DNA from: a virus
Lineage: Duplodnaviria > Caudoviricetes
IMG/VR virus record: IMGVR_UViG_3300038424_000095
Location: 1 to 60,648 of that record
Direction: 5' to 3' (one strand)
DNA length: 60,648 nt
Both the position numbers and the translations under genes were made by a program. Under the pieces are notes generated by a model, which did no database searches, had not been told where the DNA came from, and saw only the letters and a program-made list of their open reading frames with translations. Of this stretch, positions 45,539-54,879 are shown piece by piece. Within the stretch, counting starts at the first letter, position 1, and each line of letters begins with the position of its first letter.

Positions 45539-45738
45539 TACCGAACCACCTCTATACCGTTGTTGGGCGTGTCTATCAAAGCCGGTCCCGCCTGTGCCGT
45601 GTCAATGATCTGCTTCTCTACCGACGTGAGAGAAGCCTTTATTAGTTCCCTTGCCATGAGGGGGTTCATCCCCTTCCATGTCGTGTTGACGACGCCATTC
45701 TCACCAATCCAGATACGTACTTCCATTCCTTCCGGCAT
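45538..45738 (-). CDS. Hypothetical protein
   Basis: GGAGGAG RBS; TAATG coupling. Confidence 0.6.
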   Translation of the reverse strand: MPEGMEVRIWIGENGVVNTTWKGMNPLMARELIKASLTSVEKQIIDTAQAGPALIDTPNNGIEVVR

Positions 45739-45764
45739 ACTCCTCCTCCTTTGTTCTCTCCGGC

Positions 45765-45938
45765 CTATTTCGGTCCCCTGTTCATTGCCGCCTGGTACAT
45801 ATGGAAAAGGTGCTTCTTGGGCTTCTTAACATGCATGGGCAGCCCCTTGCTCTTAGCGCCTTCATCAACCCATCGCTGGGCGATCTCAGGGTGCTTGGCC
45901 CACATGAAACGACGCTGACTCTCTGACGAAAATGGCAT
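45765..45938 (-). CDS. 57-aa basic phage protein (MPFSSESQRRFMWAKHPEIA...), not in the ORF track
   Basis: GGGAG RBS; motif recurrent in phage head regions. Confidence 0.65.
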   Translation of the reverse strand: MPFSSESQRRFMWAKHPEIAQRWVDEGAKSKGLPMHVKKPKKHLFHMYQAAMNRGPK

Positions 45939-45958
45939 GGCGTAATCTCCCTGTTGAG

Positions 45959-46303
45959 TTAGTTATTCCCCGTAAATATTTGATACTCCTCAAGATGGAA
46001 ATACCCGCGACACGATTTTATCCCGGTGCGATCTCTTTCAAGCATTGAAGCAACCAAGTCGAGAAGATACTGCTTTGCCTTTTTTTCTTTTATGGCCTTT
46101 TCCTGTTCTACTACACCTGATATCTGTTGCAGTTCCTGTTTGGTCAAGGAGGCCGTTGAAAAAGCGTGCACGTAGTACCATTTTCTGTTCTTCGCTCGGC
46201 ATTTAAAACTGACGAAATAGGTCAACTTGAGAGCGTTATTGATAAAGTGCCAACCTGCAGGCGATTGTATGGCTTTCGACAACTGTTCCCGGTCAACGTC
46301 CAT
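45959..46303 (-). CDS. Hypothetical protein
   Basis: AAGGAG RBS; follows the portal gene. Confidence 0.55.
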   Translation of the reverse strand: MDVDREQLSKAIQSPAGWHFINNALKLTYFVSFKCRAKNRKWYYVHAFSTASLTKQELQQISGVVEQEKAIKEKKAKQYLLDLVASMLERDRTGIKSCRGYFHLEEYQIFTGNN

Positions 46304-46305
46304 GC

Positions 46306-48531
46306 CTATGTCTCCTTATCATTGTCGCTCTTTACCCCGTTAATCTGTCCCTTCTGTATGTCCACAGCCACCTTGGCGGCATCTACCCTTCTCTGCTTGT
46401 GGGCGTCGTGGATGTCCGCCACGGCCTCGGCTCTCTTGATGACGAGGTTCTCCTTGTCGAGCTCAATTCCGGCCGCTATCTTCGCCTGGGCCATCTTCTC
46501 GGTGTTGATCTGCTCTGCTATCAGGGCCGTCTCGGCCCGTGCCTTCTTGGCTTGCTCGCCCTTCAGCATGGCATCGGCCTGTTCCTTCACGTTCGTCTGT
46601 GCCTGTGGCTGTTGTCCCGTGAGCGCCCGTTGAAGTATCTGCATGAACGGCGGTATCTTGCCGGCCTTCTTCGCACGCTCGAACATCTTCGGGTCCATCT
46701 TGGCAAGCGTGCCAATGGCGTCTATCAATCCAGGGGGACATCCTATCTCTTTAAGCTCATTGAGGAGGCTCGACAGCGGGCCTTGTTTCATTCTCTGGAT
46801 GATCTGCTGCTTCCCTGAGTAGTCGAGCTTCTCGAGGAGGGCTTCTTTATCAATCGCTCCCATCTTCGCAAGTTCCAGGGCTTCCTGACGCTGCTGAACC
46901 TTGGAGACGGGCAACGTCGAACCGGTGACGAAGGTAAGATTCGAGGGGATGATAAGGTCCTTCCCGCGGATTGCTTTGCTCACCTTGTCGCCGTTCGAAT
47001 TCGTGTAGGCAAGCCACCTTTCCGTTGCGCCTTCCCCTTCGTTGTAGAAGTTCTGTGCGCAGCTCATATACATCCTGCCCGTCTCACGAATGAGATAGCC
47101 GTAATTGCGGGTCTTGCCCCGCATCATAGTCGACGCCCGCTCCATAAGGGCAGCAAGGGCCTTGAACGCAAGCTGGCCATTCGTATTCTGTGCCTGGTCG
47201 AGTTCGAACGTGCCGGCCACGAGAAAGAAGAGGTCCTTGAACAGGGTGATGTACGCGCTGAGGTCCTGGTTCATCGGGGGCTGTTCAAGCCACCTTATCG
47301 CCTGGGCCTGTTCCGCGTTCGAGGGGTTGACTACCGTGGCTTCATTCGTAAATTCATCGTTCGACACCCCGGACGTGATCGGGTTCATGACTTTCATCCT
47401 GGCGCCGATGTCTTTGTAGTAGATCAACTGACTGATGATTTTGTCGAGTTCACGGACGAGTTCTTCTACCTGCTGCAAGTCGCTCTCTCCCCATGCCGAA
47501 GAGGTGTCGTCAATCGAGTTGGCCAACGCGACGGGAAAACGGTCCCACAGGTATGTCTGTCTGGCAAGGTCTTCTTCAAGGGCAGGGCTGATATTCGGGT
47601 TGCTCTTGTCCTGGAGGACAACCTTGCCTGCGGAGCACACCTCGACGTAGCGGATATTGCCCTTGTACAGATCGTTGTCTTCCTTATCCTTCCGGTAGTC
47701 ATGGCAGTAACACCGCACCAGGAGGGTCTTGTCGTCCTCTCCGTCGAAGAGCATCCCGCCGAACTTCGCGTAGACGGTCTTGATTGTGTTGAGGATCTTG
47801 ATCATCATGGTCGGTCCGCCCTCGCGGGTAACATCCGAGTTGACGTCCCGCCGCTCGTCGCCCATCTCTTTGAGGACTTCGCCGTCAGGCTTGATGTCCT
47901 TAGCCTTGTCTGGGTAGAGGCGCCTGAGACTGCGCACGCTCATGGGCTGCCAGACAAGAAAGGCCTCGCATCCCTGCAGGTCCAGGGGATCGCAGAGTTC
48001 CAGTGGCCACCATCCGAAATGATAGGGGTCGAGGACGTGCGTTTCTACCTCGCCGTAGCCCTTTTTGAGACGCCGGTTGAAGCATACCTCTACGCCTGTG
48101 ATGCCGTAAATCTCTCCGGTCCGGACTGCCCGGGCGTACCGATGCTGCTGCTCGGTCTCGTTCCACCAGTGCTCGGACTGATGAAGCTGGTCTTCGAGAA
48201 CGTCTTCCTGTTCAGGCTGCAACTGCCCCTCGGCGTGGACGTTGAAGGTCGGGTCGTTGTCGGTGAGGACGTTGACTGTGCGCTGAATGTGTGTGTGGGT
48301 GAGGTTGATGGACGCGAGCTTGATGTTGCTGACGTTCTTTGCCTGCCAGTGGAGATTCTTGACGAGTTTGTAGAACTTCATCCAGAGGTCGTGCAAGCCT
48401 AACCTTTTCTTCTCCTCGACGATCTTCCGCCACATCTCCATAACGGCCTCGCCCACAGCCTTGGGGTCTGACTTGGCAGGGAGCAGCTCGTAGTCTTCGG
48501 GAGAATCTTTTATTGCTTCGGGCTCAGGCAC
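46306..48531 (-). CDS. Portal protein (P22-like)
   Basis: 741 aa; position between terminase and scaffold; P22-type helical layout with C-terminal coiled-coil barrel. Confidence 0.85.
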   Translation of the reverse strand: MPEPEAIKDSPEDYELLPAKSDPKAVGEAVMEMWRKIVEEKKRLGLHDLWMKFYKLVKNLHWQAKNVSNIKLASINLTHTHIQRTVNVLTDNDPTFNVHAEGQLQPEQEDVLEDQLHQSEHWWNETEQQHRYARAVRTGEIYGITGVEVCFNRRLKKGYGEVETHVLDPYHFGWWPLELCDPLDLQGCEAFLVWQPMSVRSLRRLYPDKAKDIKPDGEVLKEMGDERRDVNSDVTREGGPTMMIKILNTIKTVYAKFGGMLFDGEDDKTLLVRCYCHDYRKDKEDNDLYKGNIRYVEVCSAGKVVLQDKSNPNISPALEEDLARQTYLWDRFPVALANSIDDTSSAWGESDLQQVEELVRELDKIISQLIYYKDIGARMKVMNPITSGVSNDEFTNEATVVNPSNAEQAQAIRWLEQPPMNQDLSAYITLFKDLFFLVAGTFELDQAQNTNGQLAFKALAALMERASTMMRGKTRNYGYLIRETGRMYMSCAQNFYNEGEGATERWLAYTNSNGDKVSKAIRGKDLIIPSNLTFVTGSTLPVSKVQQRQEALELAKMGAIDKEALLEKLDYSGKQQIIQRMKQGPLSSLLNELKEIGCPPGLIDAIGTLAKMDPKMFERAKKAGKIPPFMQILQRALTGQQPQAQTNVKEQADAMLKGEQAKKARAETALIAEQINTEKMAQAKIAAGIELDKENLVIKRAEAVADIHDAHKQRRVDAAKVAVDIQKGQINGVKSDNDKET

Positions 48532-48701
48532 TTATGCCCTCCTGAATACGATCTGCGCGTCGTGGTCGACGGACTTCAGCCGGTCTCTCCACACAAGCCT
48601 GTTGAAGTACTTACAGGCCCTGAGCGTGTCCACAACCCATTTCCTTCGGACGGGAGCGTACCACTTCTCGACTACGGCATCGAGGTCGGCATAGCTGAAA
48701 C

Positions 48702-48977
48702 TCACTTCTTCTTGTCCTCCGCTGCCTTGTCGGCATACTGCTCGTCGGTCTTGAACTGCGTGCATTCGGACCCCGTGCAGTCGCCAGTAGGCTGCTCTGC
48801 CGGGGCTTCAGCGGTCGGCTCAGTGGCCTCTACGGCCAGCTCGAAGTCTATCTTCACTGTGTGCGCCGGCTCGTTGGCCGCATGGACGAGGGAGTACACC
48901 TTGTTCACGACGATGCCTTCAGCCACCGCGACGTCATAGTTTCCCTTGGCCGCGTTCCAGGATAGTTCAAGCAACAT
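48702..48977 (-). CDS. Acidic hypothetical protein
   Basis: AAGGAGGAG RBS before MLLELSW. Confidence 0.55.
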   Translation of the reverse strand: MLLELSWNAAKGNYDVAVAEGIVVNKVYSLVHAANEPAHTVKIDFELAVEATEPTAEAPAEQPTGDCTGSECTQFKTDEQYADKAAEDKKK

Positions 48978-49151
48978 GTTTCTCCTCCTTGGCAAATTGC
49001 CTCTGTTTCTCCCTGGTCCCTCTGCCGTGACAAGCCACGCACCGCTTGGTTCCACGGCGCACGCCAGGCTCAAACCCTGAGCCGCCGCAACGCGTGCATT
49101 TGATCTTGAAGAAGTTCTGAATAATCCAGAGAAGGCCGTATTCGTGGGTCA

Positions 49152-49571
49152 TCAATGCACCACTCTTTTATGCGCAATCAAGCCAGCATTGCTTTTGCAT
49201 GGCTTCCCGCATTCGTCACAGGTCCATAGTGCCGAGGAGGGGGCTGTCTTACCAGCACCACTTGAGGGTGTCATGGCGTCGCCCCCTCCTTCTATCGGCA
49301 CTCCCTTACCTTCTGGCAGGGGCTTCACTTCGAATCTCCCTTCCTTGGTCATCACCGCATCTTCCTCGGTAAAATTTGAGTGGCAAACAGGACATAGCAT
49401 CTCTCCAAACCGTCTTGTAGCATCCAGCTCAAAAGGTGGTGGGAAGCCATTTTGTGGTCTTGGACTATAAAACATGCTGCCATCAAGAGGAAGATGTAAT
49501 TTGTCGGTATCAACATTCGCAGCCCACTCTCCGCAAGCCACGCAAAGAGCTTTGGTAATCATGATGCCCAC
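49152..49571 (-). CDS. Zn-finger protein (CxxC pairs plus C-terminal C2H2)
   Basis: CVAC, CPVC, CDECGK...GLIAHKRVVH. Confidence 0.65.
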   Translation of the reverse strand: MGIMITKALCVACGEWAANVDTDKLHLPLDGSMFYSPRPQNGFPPPFELDATRRFGEMLCPVCHSNFTEEDAVMTKEGRFEVKPLPEGKGVPIEGGGDAMTPSSGAGKTAPSSALWTCDECGKPCKSNAGLIAHKRVVH

Positions 49572-49707
49572 CGTACTGTTTGTCTAGGCTTGCTTATAAC
49601 ATCTTCTGGAGACCATCCCCTTTGTATGCGATTATCCATCCCAACTCTTCCTACAGTGCTTGGTCCTATAATGTCTCCAACGCTATATGTCAGCGTTATT
49701 TTCCCCA

Positions 49708-49968
49708 TCACTTCTCCCTTTCCCCGGTTTCACCGATCGGCTTATCCGAGGTGCCTCTCATCATGTCTTCCCAGATGTTCGTTTGAACCAGCGGCTCCCC
49801 ATCCTTCTTCTGCCTCTTGAAAACCAGCGAGGGTCTATTTTCTTGAGGCATAACAGTCAGCCTCCCCCATCGAAAACCGATCCTGGCGCACCACAGCGCG
49901 AGCAATATGCCGATAATGGCGCCAAAGAGGATGCCGAGGACGAAAAGCTCTTCTTGGGTCGCGGTCAT
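49708..49968 (-). CDS. Single-TM hypothetical protein
   Basis: N-terminal hydrophobic helix; ATGA-coupled. Confidence 0.55.
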   Translation of the reverse strand: MTATQEELFVLGILFGAIIGILLALWCARIGFRWGRLTVMPQENRPSLVFKRQKKDGEPLVQTNIWEDMMRGTSDKPIGETGEREK

Positions 49969-50156
49969 ACTGTCGTTACTCCATATTCCTGAAACTGCTT
50001 GCGCTTAGCTTCCATAGCGAGCTCGATGTCGGCCTGGTCACGCCAGCTTTGCCAAGGGACCCTATGATGTTTGATACACGAAAGCCATTGAAAGCTGCGC
50101 CCGCCATACTGCCAAACCTGAACAACTTTCTTGCACTCAGGGCAATATGCCTTCAC
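49965..50156 (-). CDS. Small Zn-ribbon hypothetical protein
   Basis: CPEC...CIKH; ATGA-coupled to terL. Confidence 0.5.
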   Translation of the reverse strand: MKAYCPECKKVVQVWQYGGRSFQWLSCIKHHRVPWQSWRDQADIELAMEAKRKQFQEYGVTTV

Positions 50157-51802
50157 TCAATCCCTCCGCACGGGTCAAATATATCCCCTTCCCCCTCCAT
50201 CTGCCCGAAGACCTTGCGCAGGTAATTGTCTGTGCGCATCTGCTCGGTCAGGTGTATCCGCTCGGTTTGATTCCCCGGCTGGCCGGTGACGGCGTCGATG
50301 ATGCGGTCGGAGAGAGGGCGCCGATGCTCTGGGTCCTTGTTAATCTGCACGATCTTGTCGAGGAGGAGTCCTATCAGCGCGAAGCTGTCGACCTGGTCCT
50401 TCGTGCGTGCCTTCGGAAATCGGCGCAGCTCGTATTCGAAGTCTGCCAGCCATGGGGGCTCAAACGCTCCCCGCTTTGGCAGGAGGATAACTCCCTGCTT
50501 TGCGCGACCCTGGATGGATCTGGCCCGGGCAACCTTGTCCTTATCAGGCCTAAATTCCTCAAGATTGAGGTAAACACCGGCTTCTTGCATGGCCTTTTTC
50601 AGGAAGGGCCCTATCGTGCGTTCTATGTTCTCTACCTCGATGGCGAACATGAGGGGCTTCCAGGTCCTCTGTACGTCGATGAGCTCCTCGATGATGGACA
50701 AGGCGTCCCAATGGCCGCGTCTTACGTGAACGACCGGCAGGCGCTTCAGCATGTCTATTCCTGCCACCACAATAGCGGTATAGGCTGCCTTCTCTCGTTC
50801 GGATATAGCCAGGTCAGCAGCGGCGTAAAGCGTGAGCCTGTCGGGGATTACCTCATAGCGGGGAAACCAGTTGAGACTGAAAAAAGCATTTTCGTCTTCA
50901 GGGGTTGGATCAAGGAGGTATTGGCAGGAGTAGATGTAATCCCCGACTGTCGGGTCCTTTCTGATTTCTTCTTGTCGATTGAGGCTAAACTGCTCTGGCC
51001 ACAGTGCTACGGCACCATCGGATGACGGCGGTACGGCCTTACCGGTCATGAAATGATAGCTTGCCGGCCGCTTGTACGTCCGGTACATTCCGGACTTTTC
51101 CATGTCGCAGTGCAGGTCTCCGTCATCGTAGATCGTCCCTGCGATCTGAATATTTCCCCCAGTCTGAAGGATCGATGAACGCATGAGACCGTAGGCATCG
51201 CGGTTCTTGTCCATCATCTCCCTGGAGGTACAGGTCTCGGGCGTCACGATGTCATCACACTTAATCCTCGGAAAATGGAGTCCAGTCGGCTGGTTCTCAA
51301 GGCTGGTTGCCAAAAACGAAGGCTCCTGCCGACCGGTGTGATAGGGAAGAATGAATTCCTCGTCAGTCCACTTAGGTGATTCCTTTTGAGGGTTTGCCCA
51401 TATCTTGTCAGGAAACAACTCTCGGAGCCTTCTGTTGCTCTCAAAGTGCCATTTGACGGCACGCATCTTCTTAACACTTCGCTTAAGGGCGTCACATACG
51501 ATAGCGATAGGCTCTGAGGGGACCTTGAGGTATTGTCTGATGCCATCGGCAATAGTGAAAATTTGGGTCTTGCAGTGGCCGCGGGGGAGGAGAAACAACG
51601 ACAGGTTGGTGTCCTTCTGGACTTCGGCAGCAAACTCCTGGTGTACGGGCCCGGTGAGCCACCAGTACCCCAGGATGAATTTCGCAAAGAAATAGAGGTC
51701 ATTAAGCCCCCACTCCCTGATCAGATTCGCCTGGTCTTCCGAGGATAAGCTTTGTAAGGTCCTCAACAATGGCTCGTACTTCAGGTCCACAGGTAAGCTC
51801 AT
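50153..51802 (-). CDS. terL: Terminase large subunit
   Basis: Walker A-like LPRGHCKT, TGLH...KCDDIV Walker B, GTIY, nuclease AADLA...DQVDS; start uncertain. Confidence 0.93.
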   Translation of the reverse strand: MSLPVDLKYEPLLRTLQSLSSEDQANLIREWGLNDLYFFAKFILGYWWLTGPVHQEFAAEVQKDTNLSLFLLPRGHCKTQIFTIADGIRQYLKVPSEPIAIVCDALKRSVKKMRAVKWHFESNRRLRELFPDKIWANPQKESPKWTDEEFILPYHTGRQEPSFLATSLENQPTGLHFPRIKCDDIVTPETCTSREMMDKNRDAYGLMRSSILQTGGNIQIAGTIYDDGDLHCDMEKSGMYRTYKRPASYHFMTGKAVPPSSDGAVALWPEQFSLNRQEEIRKDPTVGDYIYSCQYLLDPTPEDENAFFSLNWFPRYEVIPDRLTLYAAADLAISEREKAAYTAIVVAGIDMLKRLPVVHVRRGHWDALSIIEELIDVQRTWKPLMFAIEVENIERTIGPFLKKAMQEAGVYLNLEEFRPDKDKVARARSIQGRAKQGVILLPKRGAFEPPWLADFEYELRRFPKARTKDQVDSFALIGLLLDKIVQINKDPEHRRPLSDRIIDAVTGQPGNQTERIHLTEQMRTDNYLRKVFGQMEGEGDIFDPCGGIE

Positions 51803-52226
51803 GCTGTATCGGTTCTCCCCCTTTTCCAGTGACCTGAACATTCTTCGCCGGTTCATCCCCTCTCAATTCCACCAGGCGCCACAGGGCGTCCAACTTATCG
51901 TAGAGTTCAAACTCGACGGTCGATGTTTTAAACATCTGCTCGCCGTCCTTGCTTTCGGTGATTCGTGTGTGTTCCTTCACCTTTTTGATAGCGGCCAGTT
52001 TACGCTTACCGCCTTTCTGGGCCTTGATTTCCTCAAAGGTATTAGCGCATATCTCCCCTCCTTCGGCAACCGTCAGGTAGTCATCGATGCGGGAGAACGC
52101 CACAGAGCAAAGCTCTTCGGCAATGCGTTTCAGGGTTCCCCCAGCTTTCTCGATGGTCTTGATTCGTTCAGCCACGACGATATCTGCTGCAATAGAAGGT
52201 GCTGAATCAGAAATAGAAATGCTCAC
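51702..52226 (-). CDS. terS: Terminase small subunit
   Basis: EELCSVAFSRIDDY...AIKKVK...FELYDKLDAL...VTGKGGEPIQ. Confidence 0.85.
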   Translation of the reverse strand: MSISISDSAPSIAADIVVAERIKTIEKAGGTLKRIAEELCSVAFSRIDDYLTVAEGGEICANTFEEIKAQKGGKRKLAAIKKVKEHTRITESKDGEQMFKTSTVEFELYDKLDALWRLVELRGDEPAKNVQVTGKGGEPIQHELTCGPEVRAIVEDLTKLILGRPGESDQGVGA

Positions 52227-52265
52227 CCCTAAAGTATGACGTATTACATTGTTGGTGTGCAGATG

Positions 52266-52580
52266 TTACTTTGATGTCAAAGGGGGATCATTTTTGATGT
52301 CACCTGATCCAAAATTATTGACTCTCCCCTGCCATTTGGAGTATCCTCCCCCCATACCCCCCTTAAGAACAACCTCATACACCCTTAGCCACTCTTCTAC
52401 CTCACCACGTAGCAGATAAGGCCGTCCATTCGGTGCATGGTGAAACAACTTCTCCATCGCGTATCGTTCCCGCCATCGGTAAACTTTCCTCCATGCAACG
52501 TCCTGATCCCCTGATAATCCGAGCAATGGCTTCAGATACTCAATAATCGCTTTTCTTCCCACGATCATATCCTCACTCAT
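52266..52580 (-). CDS. Winged-HTH DNA-binding protein (late regulator/excisionase-like)
   Basis: IVGRKAIIEYL...VYRWRE...PYLLRGEVEEWL; just upstream of the packaging genes. Confidence 0.55.
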   Translation of the reverse strand: MSEDMIVGRKAIIEYLKPLLGLSGDQDVAWRKVYRWRERYAMEKLFHHAPNGRPYLLRGEVEEWLRVYEVVLKGGMGGGYSKWQGRVNNFGSGDIKNDPPLTSK

Positions 52581-52807
52581 TCTTCCCCCATGTTCTCGTA
52601 TTCAGCACACCAACTTGCTTGATTCCACGCCGATCTATGCGCGAGTTTCTTTCTCAGCTCCCAGGTTTGCCCGATTCGATACCCATGCTCAAGATATTTG
52701 CACCTGGCAACCCCCTTTTTGATCTTGAATTGCAGACAGTTAGCGCAACTAACTTCAGGGATGTTCGACATTGGGTCCGATCTGTAGGAACCTTCAGGTC
52801 TTGCCAT
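52577..52807 (-). CDS. Cys-containing hypothetical protein
   Basis: CANC...C...CAEY; ATGA-coupled. Confidence 0.5.
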   Translation of the reverse strand: MARPEGSYRSDPMSNIPEVSCANCLQFKIKKGVARCKYLEHGYRIGQTWELRKKLAHRSAWNQASWCAEYENMGEE

Positions 52808-52971
52808 TATCTCACCCCAAACACTTCCATACTCCTCACCCACGCATACCCCACCGCCCCTATCACAATGGCTGCCTCCAGGATCCACAGGAGGCGGGTG
52901 CACCATTTATCCTTCGCTCTCATGTATAACCTATGCTTATGACATCATAAGTTCTTTTGTGCAAATACTGC

Positions 52972-53000
52972 TTGACACGTATTAAGATACGTGTTATAGT
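52972..53000 (+). promoter_or_regulatory. Strong sigma70 promoter with palindromic operator
   Basis: TTGACA-17bp-TATAGT; perfect inverted repeat ACACGTAT-taag-ATACGTGT at 52975-52994. Confidence 0.85.
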
Positions 53001-53045
53001 ATAGGTATGATGATAGAGGATCAAATAAACCAAACGGAGGGTGCT

Positions 53046-53336
53046 ATGAGAACCAGTGGAACATTTCAGGACGTGTACGAGGCGGCCAAAAACTACTCTA
53101 ACGGTGGTACTACTTATGGTGGGCGCCCAATGAATCCGGTTGTGCGTAGGCGTGCCTCTGACGGCGTATGGATGTTGGAAAGCGGTCTTGATAGCGCGGA
53201 GGGCAGCGATCTTGAATGCTCTTTGGACGCATTTGACAACTGGTTTTATGAGAGCTACAAAACGGACTATATTCCAGGCGATGAGGACATAGCGGATTTT
53301 GCAACGACAATAACCGAGGATATAGACAATGTCTAA
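53046..53336 (+). CDS. Small acidic moron protein
   Basis: GGAGG RBS; 96 aa; 19 D/E versus 7 K/R by my count. Confidence 0.75.
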   Translation: MRTSGTFQDVYEAAKNYSNGGTTYGGRPMNPVVRRRASDGVWMLESGLDSAEGSDLECSLDAFDNWFYESYKTDYIPGDEDIADFATTITEDIDNV

Positions 53337-53475
53337 ACTCAAAGTCCCCACTCTTACCTGTCTCCGCTGCGGCCACACTTGGGTTCCCCGCTCCGCCGAT
53401 GTCCGGCAGTGCCCTAACCCTAAATGCCACTCGGTGCTTTGGGATGTGCCACCCAAAAAATCTATCAGCAAGTAA
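53329..53475 (+). CDS. 48-aa Zn-ribbon protein, putative regulator (not in the ORF track)
   Basis: MSKLKVPTLTCLRCGHTWVPRSADVRQCPNPKCHSVLWDVP; GAGG RBS; overlaps the upstream stop. Confidence 0.75.
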   Translation: MSKLKVPTLTCLRCGHTWVPRSADVRQCPNPKCHSVLWDVPPKKSISK

Positions 53476-53482
53476 TCCTCAC

Positions 53483-53506
53483 GAGGCCCTTCGGGGCCTC
53501 TTTTTT
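53483..53506 (+). terminator. Intrinsic terminator
   Basis: GAGGCCC-TTCG-GGGCCTC followed by T6. Confidence 0.9.
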
Positions 53507-53521
53507 GTTCGGATGCGCCAT

Positions 53522-53824
53522 TTAGGGGCCATTAGCGGCCTCTTCCTCATCGTGACATTCCTTGCACAGCGTAACTAAGTGCTCCGGTGTCTGAAGCACA
53601 TTGCGGATAATGTAATCAATCACCCGTTCCCAATCGATACCCGAGCAATGGTGAACCTCCACACTGAACTCGTGTCCTTTGGCCTTGGTTTGCCGTTTAT
53701 GGCAGCCCTGGCATGTGTAATCGTCCCGACGTAATGCTGCACCCCTTTCGCGAGAACGGAGCCATATGAGGCGCACAGCACGCTTTACGTGGGCACGGGG
53801 GGTGACATCGGGATTGCGCTTCAC
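53522..53824 (-). CDS. HNH-family nuclease
   Basis: RDDYTCQGC...EVHH...LVTLCKECH; GTG start after AAGGAGG. Confidence 0.75.
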   Translation of the reverse strand: MKRNPDVTPRAHVKRAVRLIWLRSRERGAALRRDDYTCQGCHKRQTKAKGHEFSVEVHHCSGIDWERVIDYIIRNVLQTPEHLVTLCKECHDEEEAANGP

Positions 53825-54006
53825 TTGGCCTCCTTCTCGATTTCTACGCTTACCCTCACAGCTCTCAACTGGTGATTTCGTTTGACTGTCCGCCACGGCA
53901 ATTTAGAATCCCTCATAACCGCCTTAATGGCGTTCTGCCGTTTCTCTCGAATTGTGAAATCCCAAATAGCATTCCATTTATCGCTGAATATCGCCCAAGC
54001 TTTCAT
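53821..54006 (-). CDS. Hypothetical protein
   Basis: GGAGG RBS; GTGA overlap with the next gene. Confidence 0.5.
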   Translation of the reverse strand: MKAWAIFSDKWNAIWDFTIREKRQNAIKAVMRDSKLPWRTVKRNHQLRAVRVSVEIEKEAK

Positions 54007-54333
54007 CCCCCCACCTCCTCCACCGCCCTACTCTGCTCCCTCGCCTTTCTGCCGATCCAGGGGCCGACGAGAAGGGCGACAGGGAAAGAGAGGATAACCC
54101 ACGCGGCCAGGATGGCGAGGAGGAGGCTCATAGTTTTGGCTCCTTGTCTTGCTTTGAGTCTACCTTCGTCTCAAGTTCTTGAAGGCGACATCCGATCAAG
54201 TACAAAAGGTCATGGAGTTGGTCTCGGAGCTCCCCGGTCTTCAGGTCGTTTATCATTTCCCACATATCGCGGCTTCGTTCCCCAGAGAATATTTCCATCC
54301 TTCCCCTCCTTCCTGGTCATAAGGCGTTGAGGT

Positions 54334-54879
54334 TCATGCTCTTAGCGCCTTTTTGTCTCTCGTGCCGATCTGAAAGACTTCTGCGGCGGCTCCATTTGCT
54401 TCTAGCTCACCCGTAAATTTGACCGGCCCCAATTCGTGAGCCTTGGCAGAGTAAGCCTTGTAGAGCTTTTCGAACTCCAGCCGGTTCCACTTCCGTTGAT
54501 CGGCCGGCCAGTCGCAGACCTTCATCCATCCACCCATAGCCTCAACACACTTCCCAATCACGCCGTCTTGGAACTCTACAGAGTGATTTGCCCCGTAGTC
54601 GTGGATGGCACCCAAGAGAACGTCAAAGGCGGCGATAGCGCGTGTCTCTGGATTGCCCTGCACGGCCTCTCGTATCTCCGCAGGAGTCGGAAACGTGTGG
54701 ATGGTCTTGGTGTTGGCAAGATTGATCGTGGCATCGTTTATCTCCTCGATGGTGAGGTCGGATAGGGCCTTGAAGTAGAAATCGAGCTTTATCTCGCTGA
54801 TTGCCTTGTCAGGGTTCCCGAAGGTTTCGTTGAGGATTGCCATGATTTGAGAGAATTTATGTAAGTCCGTTCTCTTCAC
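54334..54879 (-). CDS. Replication-associated protein (DUF6475-like, helicase-loader position)
   Basis: FPTPAEIRE...SVEFQD..I..CVEAMGGW...EFEKLY; follows the initiator. Confidence 0.7.
   Translation of the reverse strand: MKRTDLHKFSQIMAILNETFGNPDKAISEIKLDFYFKALSDLTIEEINDATINLANTKTIHTFPTPAEIREAVQGNPETRAIAAFDVLLGAIHDYGANHSVEFQDGVIGKCVEAMGGWMKVCDWPADQRKWNRLEFEKLYKAYSAKAHELGPVKFTGELEANGAAAEVFQIGTRDKKALRA

Noticed and set aside
50147-51025. 292-aa + strand ORF opposite terL
   Set aside because: Antisense shadow without recognisable features
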